Assembly: GCA_029257775.1 (NCBI GenBank)
Contig: JARIAQ010000007.1
Location: 1,096-65,095 of the forward strand
Reading direction: 5' to 3'
Length of the DNA: 64,000 nt
Source: Blautia sp.
GTDB lineage: Bacteria; Bacillota; Clostridia; Lachnospirales; Lachnospiraceae
The notes beneath the pieces are model-generated. The model did no database searches and was not told the origin of the DNA. It worked only from the letters and a program-made list of their open reading frames with translations. The position numbers and the translations under genes are program-made. Below are positions 19,218 to 28,491 of the stretch, piece after piece (the first letter of the stretch is position 1; each line of letters opens with the position of its first letter).

Positions 19218-19973
19218 ATGAAATTTATTTCATGGAATGTAAATGGTCTGCGTGCATGTGTGAAAAAAGGATTTATAGAATTCTTTGAACAAGTAGATGC
19301 AGATTTTTTCTGTATACAAGAAACAAAGCTTCAAGAAGGGCAGATTGATTTTGAACCAGAAGGTTATTTTTGTTATTGGAATTATGCTGTAAAAAAGGGG
19401 TATTCGGGTACAGCAATTTTTACCAAAAAAGAGCCATTAAAAGTACAATATGGTATTGGTATAGAAGAGCATGATCAAGAAGGGCGTGTAATTACTTTAG
19501 AATATGAGAATTTTTATATGGTTACAGTATATACGCCCAATTCTCAGAGTGAGTTAGCAAGATTGTCTTACCGTATGCAATGGGAAGATGATTTTAGAGC
19601 CTATTTACAAAATTTGGATGAGAAAAAACCTGTAATTTTATGCGGGGATTTAAATGTTGCACATAAGGAAATTGATTTGAAAAATCCAAAAACAAATCGT
19701 CATAATGCAGGTTTTACAGATGAAGAAAGAGAGAAGTTTACTAATTTTTTGGAAAGTGGATTTACGGATACCTATCGATACTTTTATCCGGATAAGACGG
19801 AGATGTATTCGTGGTGGTCTTATCGTTTTAAAGCCAGAGAAAAAAATACAGGATGGAGAATTGATTATTTCTGTACTTCAAAATCTTTGGACAAAAAATT
19901 GATTTCAGCTTCTATTCATAGAGAAATTTTTGGTTCGGACCACTGTCCCGTAGAAGTAGAGATTGACTTATAA
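19218..19973 (+). CDS. xth: Exodeoxyribonuclease III / AP endonuclease
   Basis: SWNVNGLRA, CIQETK, CGDLNVAH, GWRIDYF and GSDHCPV. Confidence 0.96.
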   Translation: MKFISWNVNGLRACVKKGFIEFFEQVDADFFCIQETKLQEGQIDFEPEGYFCYWNYAVKKGYSGTAIFTKKEPLKVQYGIGIEEHDQEGRVITLEYENFYMVTVYTPNSQSELARLSYRMQWEDDFRAYLQNLDEKKPVILCGDLNVAHKEIDLKNPKTNRHNAGFTDEEREKFTNFLESGFTDTYRYFYPDKTEMYSWWSYRFKAREKNTGWRIDYFCTSKSLDKKLISASIHREIFGSDHCPVEVEIDL

Positions 19974-19995
19974 ATAAAAAAACAGGAGAATGGGT

Positions 19996-21276
19996 ATGTC
20001 AGAGTGTCAAAAAGTGATTTTTCATATTGATGTAAATAGCGCTTTTTTATCCTGGGAAGCCGTTTATCGCCTTGAGCATGGAGAAACCGTGGATTTGAGA
20101 GAAATTCCCTGTGCAGTGGGAGGAGATAAAACAAAGCGTAGGGGGATTATTTTAGCAAAATCGCTGTCTGCAAAATCGTGTGGAGTAAAGACAGGGGAGC
20201 CTTTAACAGAAGCTTTGAAAAAGTGTCCGTCCCTAATAATCGTACCAGCTCACCATAGTATGTATCAGCAGTATTCTCAGAAATTTCTAAATATTTTAAA
20301 AGAATATAGTCCACAAGTGGAGCAATATAGTATTGATGAAGCATTTATGGATATGACGGGGATGGAAAGAATTATAGGAGATCCTATAGCCTTTGCTCAC
20401 AAGTTGAAAAATAGAATTAGCCAAGAGATGGGTTTTACTGTAAATATTGGAATTTCTAGTAATAAATATTTAGCTAAAATGGCATCTGATTTCGAAAAAC
20501 CAGATAAGGTACACACCTTATTTCCAGCAGAAATTAAAAGCAAGATGTGGCCGCTTCCAGTATCTGATTTGTTGTTTGTAGGAAAGGCTACAGAACAAGT
20601 TTTAAAAAAATTGGGAATTTATACCATAGGTGATTTAGCAAACACAGATGTGGAAATTTTAAAATGCCATTTGAAAAAACAAGGAGAGAGTATTTGGAAT
20701 TTTGCAAATGGAAAGGACACATCTTTGGTAGAAGGTGATAATCAGGGAAATAAAGGTTATGGGAATAGTACAACAATTCCTTTTGATGTAACAGATGAGG
20801 GAACAGCAAAAATGGTTCTTCTTTCTTTATGTGAAACTGTAGCGTCAAGACTTAGAAAAGATCATGTGAAAGCAGAAGTAGTATCCGTATCTATTCGAGA
20901 TTTTGAAATGAAGACTGTTTCTCATCAGAAAGTTATTATATCTCCTACTAATACTACGGGAGTTATTTATACTACAGTATGTACTTTATTTGATGAATTA
21001 TGGGATGGGACACCTATTCGCCACTTGGGAGTTCATACCAGCCGTGTGTCCAAGGAAGAAAGAGGTCGGCAAATGTCCTTATTTGATTTAGATAAGGATT
21101 ATGAAAAGATGGAAAAAATGGATGAAGCAGTGGATCGAATTAGAAAAAAATTTGGAAATAATGCAATTATGCGAGCCTCTTTTTTAGAGAATAAAAAAGT
21201 AGAAAATATGACAGGTGGGCATCCTGATGGAAGACAGGTAGATTTAAAAACATTGAAAGAGAAGAAAAATGAGTGA
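19996..21276 (+). CDS. dinB: Y-family DNA polymerase (DinB/Pol IV-like)
   Basis: FHIDVNSAF, YSIDEAFMD and AKMASDFEKPD. Start chosen 7 nt behind AGGAG. Confidence 0.9.
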   Translation: MSECQKVIFHIDVNSAFLSWEAVYRLEHGETVDLREIPCAVGGDKTKRRGIILAKSLSAKSCGVKTGEPLTEALKKCPSLIIVPAHHSMYQQYSQKFLNILKEYSPQVEQYSIDEAFMDMTGMERIIGDPIAFAHKLKNRISQEMGFTVNIGISSNKYLAKMASDFEKPDKVHTLFPAEIKSKMWPLPVSDLLFVGKATEQVLKKLGIYTIGDLANTDVEILKCHLKKQGESIWNFANGKDTSLVEGDNQGNKGYGNSTTIPFDVTDEGTAKMVLLSLCETVASRLRKDHVKAEVVSVSIRDFEMKTVSHQKVIISPTNTTGVIYTTVCTLFDELWDGTPIRHLGVHTSRVSKEERGRQMSLFDLDKDYEKMEKMDEAVDRIRKKFGNNAIMRASFLENKKVENMTGGHPDGRQVDLKTLKEKKNE

Positions 21277-21478
21277 AATAATTGAAGAATTTTTTAATGG
21301 TTATTGTAAAAATTATGATATGGCAAGAACAGCTATTGGAGAATTTACAGATGTAAATGAAACATTACAATTAGAGCATATAGATTGTGATTATGGAAAC
21401 TGTCCATATGGTGAAGATTGTGAAATGATGCATAAAGTATTTCAATTTATAAAAGAAAAGGAAGGAAAAAAATGTTAA
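21269..21478 (+). CDS. Small four-cysteine protein of unknown function
   Basis: 69 aa with C-x26-C-x4-C-x5-C; overlaps the dinB stop and the next start. Confidence 0.7.
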   Translation: MSEIIEEFFNGYCKNYDMARTAIGEFTDVNETLQLEHIDCDYGNCPYGEDCEMMHKVFQFIKEKEGKKC

Positions 21479-21918
21479 AAATCAGAGATATTCAAGAAAA
21501 CGATAGAGAAGAATTTTTTCAGATGGCAAAAGAATTTTATGGAGGACCAGCGTGTGATCATGATGTCCCGGTGGAACATTTTGAAGCAACATTACAAGAA
21601 TGTATAAGAAGCAAGGACTATTCCCGATTATTGATGTTGGAAGATGAATCAGGTGTAGTAGGATATTTTCTATTAGCAATTACATGGAGTAATGAAGCTG
21701 GGGGAATGGTTGTTTGGTTAGAAGAATTATTCTTTAATAGCAACTCCAGAGGAAAAGGATATGGTACACAAGTATTTGCGTGGGTAGAAAAAGAATATCC
21801 ATGCGCAAAGCGTTTCCGTCTGGAGGCTACCTATAGTAATGAAAAAGCAATTTCTCTTTATGAACGTTTAGGTTATAAAGAACTGCATTACTACCAGATG
21901 ATTAAAGAACGTCCATAA
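21472..21918 (+). CDS. GNAT family N-acetyltransferase
   Basis: LEELFF...RGKGYG motif A and NEKAISLYERLGY motif B. Confidence 0.88.
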   Translation: MLKIRDIQENDREEFFQMAKEFYGGPACDHDVPVEHFEATLQECIRSKDYSRLLMLEDESGVVGYFLLAITWSNEAGGMVVWLEELFFNSNSRGKGYGTQVFAWVEKEYPCAKRFRLEATYSNEKAISLYERLGYKELHYYQMIKERP

Positions 21919-21921
21919 ATA

Positions 21922-22455
21922 TTATAGCATATGATTGTTTGCTGTGATTAAATGTTTTACATCTGGTACTGCGGCGAGAACCGGATAGAGAATTTGGGAA
22001 AGAAGAAGTCCGCTTATTCCCTGAATAAGATTTGCTGGAATACTGGCAGCGGCACCTTTGCCATATAGGAAAAATTCAAATAGAAAATATCCGCCTGCTA
22101 CCAGTATGATATCAGCCATACCGCCAAAAGCCAGTGGAAGATAATATTTTTTGGAAGAGCTTGAAAATTTTCGAAAAGCAAAAGCAGAAAATAAAGCAAT
22201 TAATCCTTTAATTAAAAAAGTAATAGGAACATAAAGAAAATATCCACCTAGGAAGTCTGCCAAACTAGAACCTAATCCAGCAATCAGAAATCCCCATACA
22301 GGTCCAAAGAGAATACCAGCTAAAATAGTAAAGGCATCTCCCAGATGAATATAGCCTCCAGTTCCTGGAGTGGGGATACGAATGGACATAGTAGCAACAC
22401 AGGTTAGTGCCATAAATAAGGCAGATAAAACTAATTTTTTGGTTTTTGATTTCAT
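21922..22455 (-). CDS. ECF transporter S component, HmpT/PdxU-like (vitamin B6 or pyrimidine precursor)
   Basis: IPTPGTGGYIHLGDAF...FGPVWG...GSSLADFLGGY...TFLIKG pattern; RBS AAGGAG before ATG 22455. Confidence 0.8.
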   Translation of the reverse strand: MKSKTKKLVLSALFMALTCVATMSIRIPTPGTGGYIHLGDAFTILAGILFGPVWGFLIAGLGSSLADFLGGYFLYVPITFLIKGLIALFSAFAFRKFSSSSKKYYLPLAFGGMADIILVAGGYFLFEFFLYGKGAAASIPANLIQGISGLLLSQILYPVLAAVPDVKHLITANNHML

Positions 22456-22494
22456 AAAACAAGACTCCTTTATCATTGATAGTATTACTATAAT

Positions 22495-22551
22495 ACAAAA
22501 CTGGCTATGTATAAATAGCCAGTTTTGTGAAAAGTAAGTAGTCCAGTTTTG
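22495..22551 (-). promoter_or_regulatory. Inverted plus direct repeat site upstream of the ECF S-component; putative MocR/PdxR-type operator that may also terminate xpt
   Basis: 14-bp arms at 22495-22508 and 22515-22528 with a 6-nt loop; third CCAGTTTTG box at 22543-22551. Confidence 0.55.
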
Positions 22552-22556
22552 AATTT

Positions 22557-23129
22557 TTATTCACGGAATGTTAAGGAAGTATCGGTCATAGATTCAATAA
22601 TTGCCAGAGATTCTACTCTGATACCTCTTTCACGAAGCATATCTCCACCTTTTTGGAACCCCTTTTCGATTACAATGCCTGTACCTTCTAAAGTTGCCCC
22701 TGAAGTATGTACAATATCAATTAAACCATTTAATGCACAGCCATTAGCAAGAAAATCGTCAATGATCAGGACATGATCTTCAGGACTTAAAAACTTCTTT
22801 GCTAAAATAACATCATACACCTTTTTGTGTGTAAAGGATTCGATTTTTGTTGTATACATTTCCCCGTCTAGGTTTACACTTTTGGCTTTTTTTGCAAATA
22901 CAACGGGTACGTTAAAATATTGTGCAGCAATACATGCAATGCCAATACCAGATGCCTCAATGGTAAGAATTTTAGTAATTGGAACATCTGCATAAATTCG
23001 TTTAAATTCTTTTCCAATTTCATTAATCAATGGAATATCCATCTGATGATTTAAAAAGCTGTCTACTTTCAGTACATTTCCTGGTTTTACTGTGCCATCT
23101 TTTAAAATACGCTCTTTTAAAAGCTCCAT
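22557..23129 (-). CDS. xpt: Xanthine phosphoribosyltransferase
   Basis: [29 protein letters not shown] and IVIEKGFQ. Confidence 0.95.
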   Translation of the reverse strand: MELLKERILKDGTVKPGNVLKVDSFLNHQMDIPLINEIGKEFKRIYADVPITKILTIEASGIGIACIAAQYFNVPVVFAKKAKSVNLDGEMYTTKIESFTHKKVYDVILAKKFLSPEDHVLIIDDFLANGCALNGLIDIVHTSGATLEGTGIVIEKGFQKGGDMLRERGIRVESLAIIESMTDTSLTFRE

Positions 23130-23238
23130 TTGTATTCCTCCTGTGTATTGTCATTTAGATAATCATACGATATATTTATTAGAAAGGCAATTTATTTTTT
23201 AATTTTTAGTAGATTGAAGTAGAAAGGGAATATGGATT

Positions 23239-23478
23239 ATGAAAGAATATGAAATCATAAGAGAAATTATTAACTTATGTCCAGGTAATCATACAAGAGA
23301 TATTTTTATTGAAGAGGTAGAATTACCGGATCATACAGATTTAGAAGATTATATAAGAGAAAAATTTGAAAATGAAGCAGAACTTAAAATTGAACGCATT
23401 GATAAAGAAGATGGGAGTGTAGTATTTGATGTAATGACAGCAGCCATTCATCAAAGATATACATTCTCAGAATTTTAA
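23239..23478 (+). CDS. Small acidic hypothetical protein
   Basis: 79-aa ORF with host-like codon usage and RBS-like AAAGGGA; no family recognised. Confidence 0.65.
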   Translation: MKEYEIIREIINLCPGNHTRDIFIEEVELPDHTDLEDYIREKFENEAELKIERIDKEDGSVVFDVMTAAIHQRYTFSEF

Positions 23479-23546
23479 TCGGGATTTTACATTGCTTTTT
23501 TGAACAGGTTTGTTATAATGGAAGAAGTGCGAGAAAGGAGGGAACT

Positions 23547-23894
23547 ATGGATCATAATTGTGAACATACTCATGTCATGGAAGATGGAACTGTTGTTACA
23601 CATACCCATGGACATTCTCATGGGCATACCCATAGCCATGCGCATACGAAAGCAGTTCTAAATCGACTTTCCCGCGCAATCGGCCATTTAGAGTCTATTC
23701 GCCGTATGGTGGAAGATGGAAGAGATTGCAGTGAAGTTCTGATACAGCTTTCAGCAGTGAAATCAGCCATTAATAATACAGGTAAAGTTATTTTACAGGA
23801 TCATATTGAGCATTGTATTGTAGATGCCGTTGAAAGCGGTGATAATCAAGCTTTAGATGAGTTAAATAAGGCTATTGACCGTTTTATGAAATAA
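23547..23894 (+). CDS. CsoR/RcnR-family metal-sensing repressor with His-rich N-terminus (InrS-like)
   Basis: NRLSRAIGHL...DCSEVLIQLSAV...HIEHC core; N-terminal HTHGHSHGHTHSHAH. Confidence 0.9.
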   Translation: MDHNCEHTHVMEDGTVVTHTHGHSHGHTHSHAHTKAVLNRLSRAIGHLESIRRMVEDGRDCSEVLIQLSAVKSAINNTGKVILQDHIEHCIVDAVESGDNQALDELNKAIDRFMK

Positions 23895-23912
23895 AGGAAG
23901 GAAGGAAAAATC

Positions 23913-24752
23913 ATGAGTGAAGAAAAACAATGTGACAGCAAGAGCTGTACAAAAGAAGATTGTGCTGGATGTAGCCATGCAAAAAATGCAGGTGTTCCAA
24001 AAGAGAACTTAAATACATATTCTAAAATTAAAAAGGTAATTGGTGTTGTTAGCGGAAAAGGTGGAGTAGGAAAATCTTTGGTTACTGCATCTTTAGCAAA
24101 TGAAATGGCATTTCAAGGATATCATGTAGGTATTATGGATGCAGATATTACAGGACCTTCTATTCCTAGAATGTATGGATTAAAAGGATCTGCTGTAGCA
24201 AATGACAAGGGAATTTATCCAATGGAAACAGGTAATGATGTAAAAGTAATGTCTGTAAATTTGTTATTGCCTCAAGAAGATGCACCTGTTATTTGGAGAG
24301 GACCGATTTTGGCTAATATGGTAAAACAGTTTTGGACAGATGTAGTGTGGGGAGAACTAGATTATCTTTTCGTAGATATGCCACCAGGAACAGGGGATGT
24401 ACCTCTTACTGTATTTCAGTCTCTTCCTATTGATGGAATTGTGATTGTATCTTCTCCACAGGATTTAGTACAAATGATTGTAAAGAAAGCATACAATATG
24501 GCAAAAATGATGAATGTACCTGTTTTGGGATTAGTAGAGAATTATAGTTATGTAAAATGTCCAGATTGTGGAAAAGAAATTCATATTTTTGGAGAAAGTA
24601 AAGTAGATGCAGCAGCAGAGGAAGTAAATGTTCCTGTAATAGGCAAAATGCCGTTAGACAGAGAGATTGCAGCGTCTGTAGACGCAGGACAGTTTTCTGG
24701 TGTTGTAAACACATATCTTTCCGGTGCAGGTAAATATTTACCGGAAGTTTAA
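23913..24752 (+). CDS. Mrp/NBP35 (ApbC) Fe-S cluster carrier ATPase
   Basis: SGKGGVGKS, DADITGPS, DMPPGTGD and ENYSYVKCPDC; N-terminal CxxxxCxxxxCxxC. Confidence 0.93.
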   Translation: MSEEKQCDSKSCTKEDCAGCSHAKNAGVPKENLNTYSKIKKVIGVVSGKGGVGKSLVTASLANEMAFQGYHVGIMDADITGPSIPRMYGLKGSAVANDKGIYPMETGNDVKVMSVNLLLPQEDAPVIWRGPILANMVKQFWTDVVWGELDYLFVDMPPGTGDVPLTVFQSLPIDGIVIVSSPQDLVQMIVKKAYNMAKMMNVPVLGLVENYSYVKCPDCGKEIHIFGESKVDAAAEEVNVPVIGKMPLDREIAASVDAGQFSGVVNTYLSGAGKYLPEV

Positions 24753-24799
24753 TTTTTCCATGAGTTTTATATAGAAAAAAATAGGATATTTTTGTATAA

Positions 24800-24835
24800 A
24801 AACAGTCGGTCTTGCTTTGTAAAGACCGACTGTTT
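24800..24835 (+). terminator. Intrinsic terminator-like hairpin
   Basis: AAACAGTCGGTCTT / AAGACCGACTGTTT, perfect 14-bp arms. Confidence 0.75.
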
Positions 24836-24942
24836 AAAATTTTGCAAAAAATATTGTTAGAAGTGTAAAAAATAGTCGAGTTTTGTTGACAAAGATAACT
24901 TTTAATGTAATAATACCTAGGCACAGAAAGGAATGAAGGTTT

Positions 24943-25170
24943 ATGTTAGAGCGTCAAATTAAGCTTACTGCAAAAGAAGATGTAAAAGAATTTGTAAATC
25001 AAGCAAGTAAATGTGATTTTGATATTGATGTTTTTTATAATAGAGTTGTAATTGATGCAAAATCAATACTGGGAGTTTTAAGTATGGATTTGACAAATGT
25101 CTTAACAGTAAGATGTAATGGTCATGATGAACAATTTGATCAATTTTTGAATAAATTTGCAGTAGCGTAG
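24943..25170 (+). CDS. HPr-family protein lacking the His15 phosphotransfer site
   Basis: IDAKSILGVLSM (Ser46 motif) present; no GLHARP motif in the N-terminal region. TTGACA at 24886. Confidence 0.85.
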   Translation: MLERQIKLTAKEDVKEFVNQASKCDFDIDVFYNRVVIDAKSILGVLSMDLTNVLTVRCNGHDEQFDQFLNKFAVA

Positions 25171-25176
25171 AAACAG

Positions 25177-25208
25177 AAAGCTGTCGCAGGAGTTGCGGCA
25201 GCTTTTTT
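25177..25208 (+). terminator. Intrinsic terminator
   Basis: AAAGCTGTCGCA-ggagt-TGCGGCAGCTTTTTT. Confidence 0.8.
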
Positions 25209-25241
25209 GCATAGAAAAAAGAATTATGGTAAGATAAGAAA

Positions 25242-27608
25242 ATGGAAAAAGAGAGAATAAAAATTTCTGTCCGAAATCTAGTAGAATTTATTTTACGAAG
25301 GGGAAATCTGGATAATCGAAGAACGAGTGTAGCTGATCGAGAGGCAATGCAGAAGGGAAGTAAAATACATAGAAAAATTCAAAAGCAGATGAAGGCTTCT
25401 TATAAAGCAGAAGTTCCTTTAAAATGGGAAGAAGAATATTCAGATTTCATCATTGAGATAGAAGGCAGAGCAGATGGAATTATTGATGAAAAAGAAAAAT
25501 ATGTCATCGATGAAATTAAAGGAGTATACAGAGATTTGTCTTATCTGGAGGAGCCTGTGCCAGTTCATAAAGCACAGGCTATGTGTTATGCCTATTTTTA
25601 TGCCAGTAAGAAAAACGTATCAAAAATAGAGGTCCAGATGACGTACTGTCATCTGGAGACGGAAGAAATTAAGAGGTTTCGGGAAGAATTTTCTTTTTCG
25701 TATTTAAAAAAATGGTTTGAGGAGATTATCAGCGAGTTTTATAAATGGGCAAATTTTCAGTATCAAAGAGGGAAGGAAAGATGTCAGTCCATGCAAGAAT
25801 TGGAATTTCCTTATCCCTATAGAAATGGACAAAAGGAACTTGTAGTAGGTGTATATCACACGATCTATACAGAAAAGCAGTTATTTATTCAGGCGCCTAC
25901 TGGTATTGGAAAGACAATGGCAACTATATTTCCAGCGGTTCGTGCAGTAGGAAAAGGATATGGAGACAAAATTTTTTATCTTACGGCAAAAACCATTACC
26001 AGAACTGTGGCAGAGGAGGCCTTTGATATTTTAAAACAAAGGGGATTGTCTTATAAAACAATTAGCATTACAGCTAAAGAGAAACTGTGCCTTTGCGAGG
26101 AAACCATGTGTAATCCTGAAAAATGTCCATATGCAGAGGGGCATTATGATAGGGTTAATGCGGCAGTATTTGAAATTTTAAATGAAAAGGATACATATTT
26201 GAGGGATGATATACTGAATCATGCCAAAAAGCATAGAGTGTGCCCGTATGAAATGTGTCTTGATATGTCTTCCTGGGTAGATGCTATTATTTGTGATTAT
26301 AACTATGTATTTGATCCAAATGTACATCTAAGGCGTTTTTTTGGAGATGGGGTAAAAGGGGACTATCTATTTTTAATTGATGAGGCTCATAATTTGGTAG
26401 AACGAGGCAGGAAGATGTATAGTGCTGATTTATGTAAAGAAGATTTTCTGGAAATGGCAAAGATTGTGAAAGGACAGAGTGCTAAATTATATAAGATTTT
26501 GAAGAAATGCAATGGTTTTATGTTGGAATATAAACGAGAATGTGATGAATATAGGGTATTAGATAATCTTGCTGGATTTTCTTTGCAACTTATGAATTTA
26601 TTAGGTGAATTAGAAAACTTTCTGGAAAAAGAACATGAGGAAAAAGTACAAAAAGCAGTTTTGGAGTTTTCATTTTTAGTCCGACATTTTTTGAATATGT
26701 ATGATATAGCAGATGAAAATTATGTTATTTACAGTCATTACGATGATAAACAGAGATTTTTAATTACGCTTTATTGTGTTAATCCCAAAAGAAATCTCCA
26801 AGAATGTTTGAATAAAGGAAAAGGAACAGTCTTTTTTTCAGGAACTTTTTTGCCTCTTGCGTATTATCGTTCTTTATTTAGTGAGCGTAGGGATGATTAT
26901 GCAATTTGTGCCAGTTCTCCATTCCTTCGAGAAAATTTAAAACTTTTAGTTGCCTGTGATGTGAGTAGTAAATATACAAGGCGTGGCGTTTCGGAATATG
27001 AAAAAATGGCAGAATATATTTATCAAATGGCAGCAGGAAAGCAGGGAAATTATATGGTGTTTTTTCCATCTTATCGTATGTTGGAGGACGTTTACGAAGT
27101 TTTTCAAAAGAAAATGGAAGAAAGGCAGTTTGAAGGAACTTGTATTTTACAAAGTAGCCATATGACAGAAGAAGAAAGAGAAAAATTTTTAGAAGCTTTT
27201 CAAGAAAATATCATAGGAACACTTCTTGGGTTTTGTGTTATGGGGGGGATTTTTTCAGAAGGAATTGATTTGACAGGAGAGCGCCTTATTGGCGCAGCAA
27301 TCGTAGGAACAGGACTGCCACAGGTGGGGTGCGAACGAGAAATTTTAAAAAATTATTATGATGAAAAAAAGGAAAATGGTTTTGCATATGCATACAGATA
27401 TCCGGGGATGAATAAGGTACTACAGGCAGCAGGAAGAGTGATTCGTACAAAAGAAGACAGGGGTATCGTACTTCTTTTGGATGAACGTTTTTTGCAAAGA
27501 GAATACTTAGATTTATTTCCACAGGAATGGCAAGAGTATGAAAGATGTACGATACAAAATGTAGAACATAAAATCAAAAATTTCTGGGATACCACATTTA
27601 AAGCATAA
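25242..27608 (+). CDS. DinG/XPD-family Fe-S helicase fused to an N-terminal PD-(D/E)XK (Cas4-like) nuclease domain
   Basis: N-terminal IEGRADGII...IDEIKG...AQAMCYA; APTGIGKT; Fe-S cysteines; IDEAHNL; SEGIDL; QAAGRVIR. Confidence 0.88.
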   Translation: MEKERIKISVRNLVEFILRRGNLDNRRTSVADREAMQKGSKIHRKIQKQMKASYKAEVPLKWEEEYSDFIIEIEGRADGIIDEKEKYVIDEIKGVYRDLSYLEEPVPVHKAQAMCYAYFYASKKNVSKIEVQMTYCHLETEEIKRFREEFSFSYLKKWFEEIISEFYKWANFQYQRGKERCQSMQELEFPYPYRNGQKELVVGVYHTIYTEKQLFIQAPTGIGKTMATIFPAVRAVGKGYGDKIFYLTAKTITRTVAEEAFDILKQRGLSYKTISITAKEKLCLCEETMCNPEKCPYAEGHYDRVNAAVFEILNEKDTYLRDDILNHAKKHRVCPYEMCLDMSSWVDAIICDYNYVFDPNVHLRRFFGDGVKGDYLFLIDEAHNLVERGRKMYSADLCKEDFLEMAKIVKGQSAKLYKILKKCNGFMLEYKRECDEYRVLDNLAGFSLQLMNLLGELENFLEKEHEEKVQKAVLEFSFLVRHFLNMYDIADENYVIYSHYDDKQRFLITLYCVNPKRNLQECLNKGKGTVFFSGTFLPLAYYRSLFSERRDDYAICASSPFLRENLKLLVACDVSSKYTRRGVSEYEKMAEYIYQMAAGKQGNYMVFFPSYRMLEDVYEVFQKKMEERQFEGTCILQSSHMTEEEREKFLEAFQENIIGTLLGFCVMGGIFSEGIDLTGERLIGAAIVGTGLPQVGCEREILKNYYDEKKENGFAYAYRYPGMNKVLQAAGRVIRTKEDRGIVLLLDERFLQREYLDLFPQEWQEYERCTIQNVEHKIKNFWDTTFKA

Positions 27609-28491
27609 GATTATCACAGTGCAGATAATCTAAAAATTTTTTTGCAGCAGGAGAGGTTAAGAGTTTGGGATTATAAGCAAGTACAAGCTGGCGTTTTGGA
27701 AGATTTTCTTTTAATTTTAAGGGATAAAAATCTTTTTTCTGAGATTGCAAAACATAGTCTGGAACAACAGTAATGCCTAAACCAATTCGGGCAAAATCAA
27801 GGAGTAAATCATTGCTAGAAAGTTCTGCTTCTGGTGCTAAAGATACTCCATTTTTAATAAAAAACTGATGGATAAATTCACTGGTGGTACTGGTTTTATC
27901 CAGCATCAGGATGGGGTATTGTGTAAGCTGTTTTAAAGAAAGAAATTTTTCTTGAAGGTTAAAATATTTTTTTCCTGCTACAAAAACATCTTGAAATTCC
28001 TGTATGGTACAGCACATATCCTTGTTGCTAAGATGAGGATTCGGAGCATTAGTAATAATAAAGTCTACTTTATTATTATGAAGCAAAGAAACACATCCTC
28101 CAGAAGTAGAATTAGTAACTTTAATAGGAATATTTGGAAATTCTTTATGAAAACGTTTAAAGTAAGGAATAAGAAAATAACGACAGATGGTATCAGAAGC
28201 TCCCATACGCAAAGGTAATTCTGATGGCTGTGTATGAGAAATTTGCCGTTCTGCATTGTATAAAAGATTGACAGCTGGTTCTACATAGCGAAGTAGAGAT
28301 TCTCCTTCGGGTGTAAGTGTTACTTTTTTGGTGTTTCTTAAAAACAGGGAGTGTCCTAACTTGCTTTCTAAAGATTTAATAGCCTGACTTACTGCAGACT
28401 GAGAGATGTAAAGTTGACGGGAAGCCTCTGAAAAATTTAAAGTGGTGGCAACATAATAAAAAACTTTATATAATTCAAAACTAATATCCAT
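27598..28491 (-). CDS. LysR-family transcriptional regulator, divergent from purL
   Basis: LNFSEASRQLYISQSAVSQAIKSLE...LFLR...LTPEG helix-turn-helix. Confidence 0.93.
   Translation of the reverse strand: MDISFELYKVFYYVATTLNFSEASRQLYISQSAVSQAIKSLESKLGHSLFLRNTKKVTLTPEGESLLRYVEPAVNLLYNAERQISHTQPSELPLRMGASDTICRYFLIPYFKRFHKEFPNIPIKVTNSTSGGCVSLLHNNKVDFIITNAPNPHLSNKDMCCTIQEFQDVFVAGKKYFNLQEKFLSLKQLTQYPILMLDKTSTTSEFIHQFFIKNGVSLAPEAELSSNDLLLDFARIGLGITVVPDYVLQSQKKDFYPLKLKENLPKRQLVLAYNPKLLTSPAAKKFLDYLHCDNLML

Noticed and set aside
23130-23238. Guanine riboswitch upstream of xpt
   Set aside because: The promoter (TTGCCT-17-TATGAT on the minus strand) leaves only about 30 nt of leader and there is no purine-aptamer core.
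25242-27608. CRISPR-associated Cas4/CasDinG system
   Set aside because: No repeat-spacer array or other cas genes anywhere in the window.
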